From Candidatus Bathyarchaeota archaeon (lineage in GTDB: Archaea > Thermoproteota > Bathyarchaeia > Bathyarchaeales > Bathycorpusculaceae): a stretch of 64,000 nt of DNA. The DNA lies in assembly GCA_963826715.1 (NCBI GenBank), contig CAWGYA010000006.1, positions 96,001 to 160,000 of the forward strand. Direction: 5' to 3'. Shown here piece after piece: positions 60,701 through 64,000 of the stretch. Made by a program: the position numbers and the translations under genes. Each line of letters opens with the position of its first letter. Position 1 is the stretch's first letter. Under the pieces are notes generated by a model. That model was not told the origin of the DNA. It was given only the letters and a program-made list of their open reading frames with translations, and did no database searches.

Positions 60701-62596
60701 TTAAGCAGAAGCTTCTTTTTCAAAGCATTCAGGCGAGATATAGTCGCCGTACTTCGCTTGCGCATCTAAAAGTCGTTGACGTTGCATATAGAGTAAGCCG
60801 AAAAGCTCCAACGGTGTTTCAGTAACGTTTGCTTGATAGAACTCCTGAACCCTTTCGATCTTTGCCAAGTTCTCTGGCACACGGGTTGTGAATTGCCTGA
60901 TGTAGTCTTCCTTAGTGTAGTTTTTGTCAAGCACCTGTTTGAAGAGTTTTTTAAGGTCATCATATTTCGGAATGAAACCTGTGGGGGCTTTGAGGGCTCC
61001 GACTTCATTGTGCACACGCAACTCCATCCATTTGATCCAGACATGCTTATCCTGCGGGCTGTTAAGGTATTTTCCGTTGCTTTCCTCTCGCAGGAAATAG
61101 TTTACCCCGAAGACTATGGGTTGCTTTTGGAGTTTACATCCAAAATTAAGATTGTTCTGAACGTTTCGACCAAGCGGTATGGAGATAAAGTCTTGGATAC
61201 TCATCATGTTGATTTCAGGAACACCTTCTTTGCCTATAGTGGCAAAGGTCGTTTCTGTTTCTAATGATGCACCATATGCAATAATACCATGTTCCCAGCT
61301 GAAACTCTGCTGCACAGGCACATAGGCTTTTGTGTCCCGTCCACCATACATTATCCCACCAACTTCAACACCGCTGGGATTATCTAGTTCAGGGTCACAG
61401 TTCTCCAATGCTTTAAGCGTAACTGCATAGCGAGCGTTTTTGTGGGCTGCAGGGATATCCTTTCCTGCTTCGTCCTTTTTACCGTCATACCAAGTTCCTG
61501 AAAAGTTTAAGCCATCTTTAGGTAGCTCTTGCCCCATGCCAAGCCAGTAGGGTTTACCATCCTTAACGAGGATGTTGGAAAAAATAATTTCGCCAGGTGA
61601 ATTGAGCACTTTCCAGATTAAGGCGTCATCTTTTGGATTCACGTCTTGAATGATTCCAAAGATACCGGATTCGACGTTGACAGCTCTCGCCGCGGAATCA
61701 ATTTCGCGAATATATGCAATATCGTCACCGAGAATGGTTTCGCCAGGAAGCATTGCAGTCGATGTTTTGCCGCAAGCACTCGGGAAAGCGCCTGCAAAAT
61801 AGGTTTTACGACCACCAGGTCCAAAGACACCCATAAGCAACATATGTTCAGCAAGCCAACCTTCGCTGCTAGCTTTGCGGATAGCAAGACGAAAAGCAAG
61901 TTTTTTGAAGCCCACACTGTTGCCTGCGTATTGAGTGTTAACGCTGTAAATTGTTTCGTCCATATGGTCGATATAAATGCGTTTTTTGTTGCAGTCAACG
62001 CTGACCATGTCACCGCTCAGTTTACCTGCAGAATGCAAAACCTTGAGGAACTCGGTTTTGTTACCAACTTTAACAAACTGTTCATAGCCCGGTCTGTATA
62101 GCAATGATTCTGAATGAGCAACATACCAAGAGTCTGTACACTGTAACCCAAGTATAGTGAACACTGAATCGGCAGGTCCAAGGGCAATAAAACGCACAAT
62201 CATGGTTTTGCCAACCATTGAATTACGCAATAAACCCAAAACTTCTAGAAGACCTTCTTGGCGGTCTACTTGGTTTAGGGCTTTGCTCAAAGTAACGCCC
62301 TTCGCAACGAGGTATTTGGTTGCTTGGCGATCTCTGCCTTGGTCTTGTTCACCGTCAAAGTGAACGGTGTGACCTTCAAGTTTCAGGATTGCTTTTTCTT
62401 CACCAGTGGATATGGATTGTTTCCTGATATGCTCAAGGTCTTCGGCTGAGTCTGTACAAATAAAAATTTGTTCAGGATGACAGAGATCGCTTTCTTTTGC
62501 TATAAACTCGTGCACATTGGGATTATCGATTGCGCTTAGTTTTTTGAAGTCCATTGGACTTAGTTTTTGTTGAAGTGCTTCTAAATATGGATTCAT
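60701..62596 (-). CDS. pckG: GTP-dependent phosphoenolpyruvate carboxykinase
   Basis: WLAEHM, FPSACGKT, GDDIAY, YGGRD. Confidence 0.96.
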   Translation of the reverse strand: MNPYLEALQQKLSPMDFKKLSAIDNPNVHEFIAKESDLCHPEQIFICTDSAEDLEHIRKQSISTGEEKAILKLEGHTVHFDGEQDQGRDRQATKYLVAKGVTLSKALNQVDRQEGLLEVLGLLRNSMVGKTMIVRFIALGPADSVFTILGLQCTDSWYVAHSESLLYRPGYEQFVKVGNKTEFLKVLHSAGKLSGDMVSVDCNKKRIYIDHMDETIYSVNTQYAGNSVGFKKLAFRLAIRKASSEGWLAEHMLLMGVFGPGGRKTYFAGAFPSACGKTSTAMLPGETILGDDIAYIREIDSAARAVNVESGIFGIIQDVNPKDDALIWKVLNSPGEIIFSNILVKDGKPYWLGMGQELPKDGLNFSGTWYDGKKDEAGKDIPAAHKNARYAVTLKALENCDPELDNPSGVEVGGIMYGGRDTKAYVPVQQSFSWEHGIIAYGASLETETTFATIGKEGVPEINMMSIQDFISIPLGRNVQNNLNFGCKLQKQPIVFGVNYFLREESNGKYLNSPQDKHVWIKWMELRVHNEVGALKAPTGFIPKYDDLKKLFKQVLDKNYTKEDYIRQFTTRVPENLAKIERVQEFYQANVTETPLELFGLLYMQRQRLLDAQAKYGDYISPECFEKEASA

Positions 62597-62622
62597 GGAT
62601 TTTTCAGTCCGTTCTTTTTATT

Positions 62623-63591
62623 TTATAATTCGTTTACGTTTCCTGGCACTCGGGGGAAGGGTTGACATTCGGCAATATGCTGCACACCTGCTAGCCACCC
62701 AACTAAACGTTCCATCCCTATACCTCCGCCGGCAGTCGGCTTTAATCTGCCTTCCTCAGCCATTTTAAGCACGAGGACATAGTTTTCTTTCTTAACTTGG
62801 TCTCGTTCAATCTTGGCAAGTATTTTTTTATACTCATATTCGCGTTTCGCACCCGATAGGACCTCACCAAACTGGGGCATAAACAAGTCATAGTTGTCCC
62901 ATTTACCCGTTGTGAAATCTTCAAAGTCATAGAATTCGCGTGGAATGTTTGTTACCCAAACTGGTTCGGTTATGTCTTTTGCGATTCCAGTTTCCCAGCC
63001 ATCAGCACCATATTTAGCCTCTAAGTCAACGCGATCGTATATTTTGAAGGGAAACTTGGGAACAGTAAGGGCGTCACAACGACAAAGCATGGACAATTCG
63101 TGAGTCATATCTTTCTTTAAGTCTTCTACGAGGGTACAAATAGCTTCCTCGACTAACCCAAATACATCTTTGGAGCTAGCATCTCTGGCTTCAAAGTCAA
63201 GTTGTGTAAACTCGTAGATATGCTTACCTGTTTTGGCGCGTTCAGCTTTTTCGATTCGTATGTTGGGTGAAAGTATGAACAGTTTGGGATATGCAGTGGA
63301 TGCGGCAACGAGTTTGTGGATGATCATACTGGCGGTAGTGCGCACCGGTTTGCCGTAAATATCAACTTCAATGCGTTTCTCTATGGATGCACCTGGGTCT
63401 GGCCACAGTGGGTCTGTGCTTTGGCTCAAAGCCACTGGCAGGAGCCATTGGAAGCCCTTGTTGGTGAAGGTGTTTGTAAGGCTCTTAAGCGTGTAAGTCA
63501 TAATTTTGCCTAAACAGGCTTTACGTTCAAGCTCAGTTGTCGTTAGCTGCTCTAGCGACTTAGGAACTTCAATTTGTTCTGATTTAGTCAT
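62623..63591 (-). CDS. asnA: Archaeal asparagine synthetase A (AsnRS-like)
   Basis: STDPLWPD, SPNIRIE, EFTQLDFE, GGGIGMERL; no anticodon-binding domain. Confidence 0.9.
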   Translation of the reverse strand: MTKSEQIEVPKSLEQLTTTELERKACLGKIMTYTLKSLTNTFTNKGFQWLLPVALSQSTDPLWPDPGASIEKRIEVDIYGKPVRTTASMIIHKLVAASTAYPKLFILSPNIRIEKAERAKTGKHIYEFTQLDFEARDASSKDVFGLVEEAICTLVEDLKKDMTHELSMLCRCDALTVPKFPFKIYDRVDLEAKYGADGWETGIAKDITEPVWVTNIPREFYDFEDFTTGKWDNYDLFMPQFGEVLSGAKREYEYKKILAKIERDQVKKENYVLVLKMAEEGRLKPTAGGGIGMERLVGWLAGVQHIAECQPFPRVPGNVNEL

Positions 63592-63712
63592 TTTGATCAC
63601 TTGGATTATTTGTATACAGCTAAGCAAGGCAGGTAATAAATTTTTTATAAAAAAACATAGATAATTTACATTAACTACAACCTTTTATAAGCCAAAACTG
63701 TAATAATTACAT

Positions 63713-64000
63713 ATGAGCTCTAAATTAGATGAAAAAGACATTGCAATCTTAACCCTTATACAAGAAAACAGCAAACTCACCGCCAACCAAATTGCCAAAA
63801 AAATCATTTGCCCAATCACAACTGTGTTCGCCAAAATCAAAAGAATGGAAGAACTCGGCGTTATTAAACAATACCGCGCCATCCTCGACCCAACAAAACT
63901 TAACTTGTCCACCTCCGCTTTCATCTTAGCCGCAGTATCCTACGGAACAAAAAACGATGGAAACCCCCTCTCCCAACGCGACGTCGCCGAAGAAATAGCC
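63713..64000 (+). CDS. Lrp/AsnC-family regulator (3' end outside the window)
   Basis: MSSKLDEKDIAILTLIQEN..TTVFAKIKRMEELGVIKQY. Confidence 0.9.
   Translation, partial: MSSKLDEKDIAILTLIQENSKLTANQIAKKIICPITTVFAKIKRMEELGVIKQYRAILDPTKLNLSTSAFILAAVSYGTKNDGNPLSQRDVAEEIA

Noticed and set aside
63685-63924. Minus-strand 79-aa ORF and the many other short ORFs nested in known genes
   Set aside because: Antisense or off-frame shadows of well-supported genes
1-64000. CRISPR array or cas genes
   Set aside because: No regularly spaced repeat-spacer series seen; the 42.5-43.0 kb repeats are YVTN coding repeats

Overview
Archaeal chromosome window, most likely Bathyarchaeia. This is inferred from fwdDBAC, rpo5, dph5, CTP-dependent ribK, archaeal asnA and many Thr/Pro-linker + TM + basic-tail surface proteins. 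Ordinary metabolic blocks (hcp/isf, ABC transporters, fwdDBAC-fdhD-mobB, thiolase, ribK/ribL, dph5, cobD-cbiB, pckG, asnA, tRNA-Pro(CGG)) are interrupted by two AT-rich accessory islands (~8.3-17.0 kb and ~41.7-49.9 kb). Both islands begin with the same ~0.75 kb direct repeat (offset 33,332 bp), which encodes an 80-aa Cys-rich protein. They carry decayed defence genes (a truncated NucC and a Type ISP R-M fragment) and a membrane-tethered wHTH regulator family. Best candidate for an undescribed system: a tandemly duplicated module of membrane-anchored wHTH regulator -> TGTCCTA/TAGGACA operator -> secreted caspase/gingipain-fold (His...Cys) protein -> PepSY-domain membrane protein (43.9-49.0 kb). 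A related regulator/operator pair occurs in island 1. Other highlights: a stand-alone Rpo5 with a eukaryote-RPB5-like N-terminal domain, an orphan 3' tRNA fragment with a T-loop intron, FdhD without its catalytic Cys motif, and a B12-binding domain without the His ligand. All family assignments are from motif recognition by eye; no searches were run. Several single-base frameshifts may be sequencing errors.
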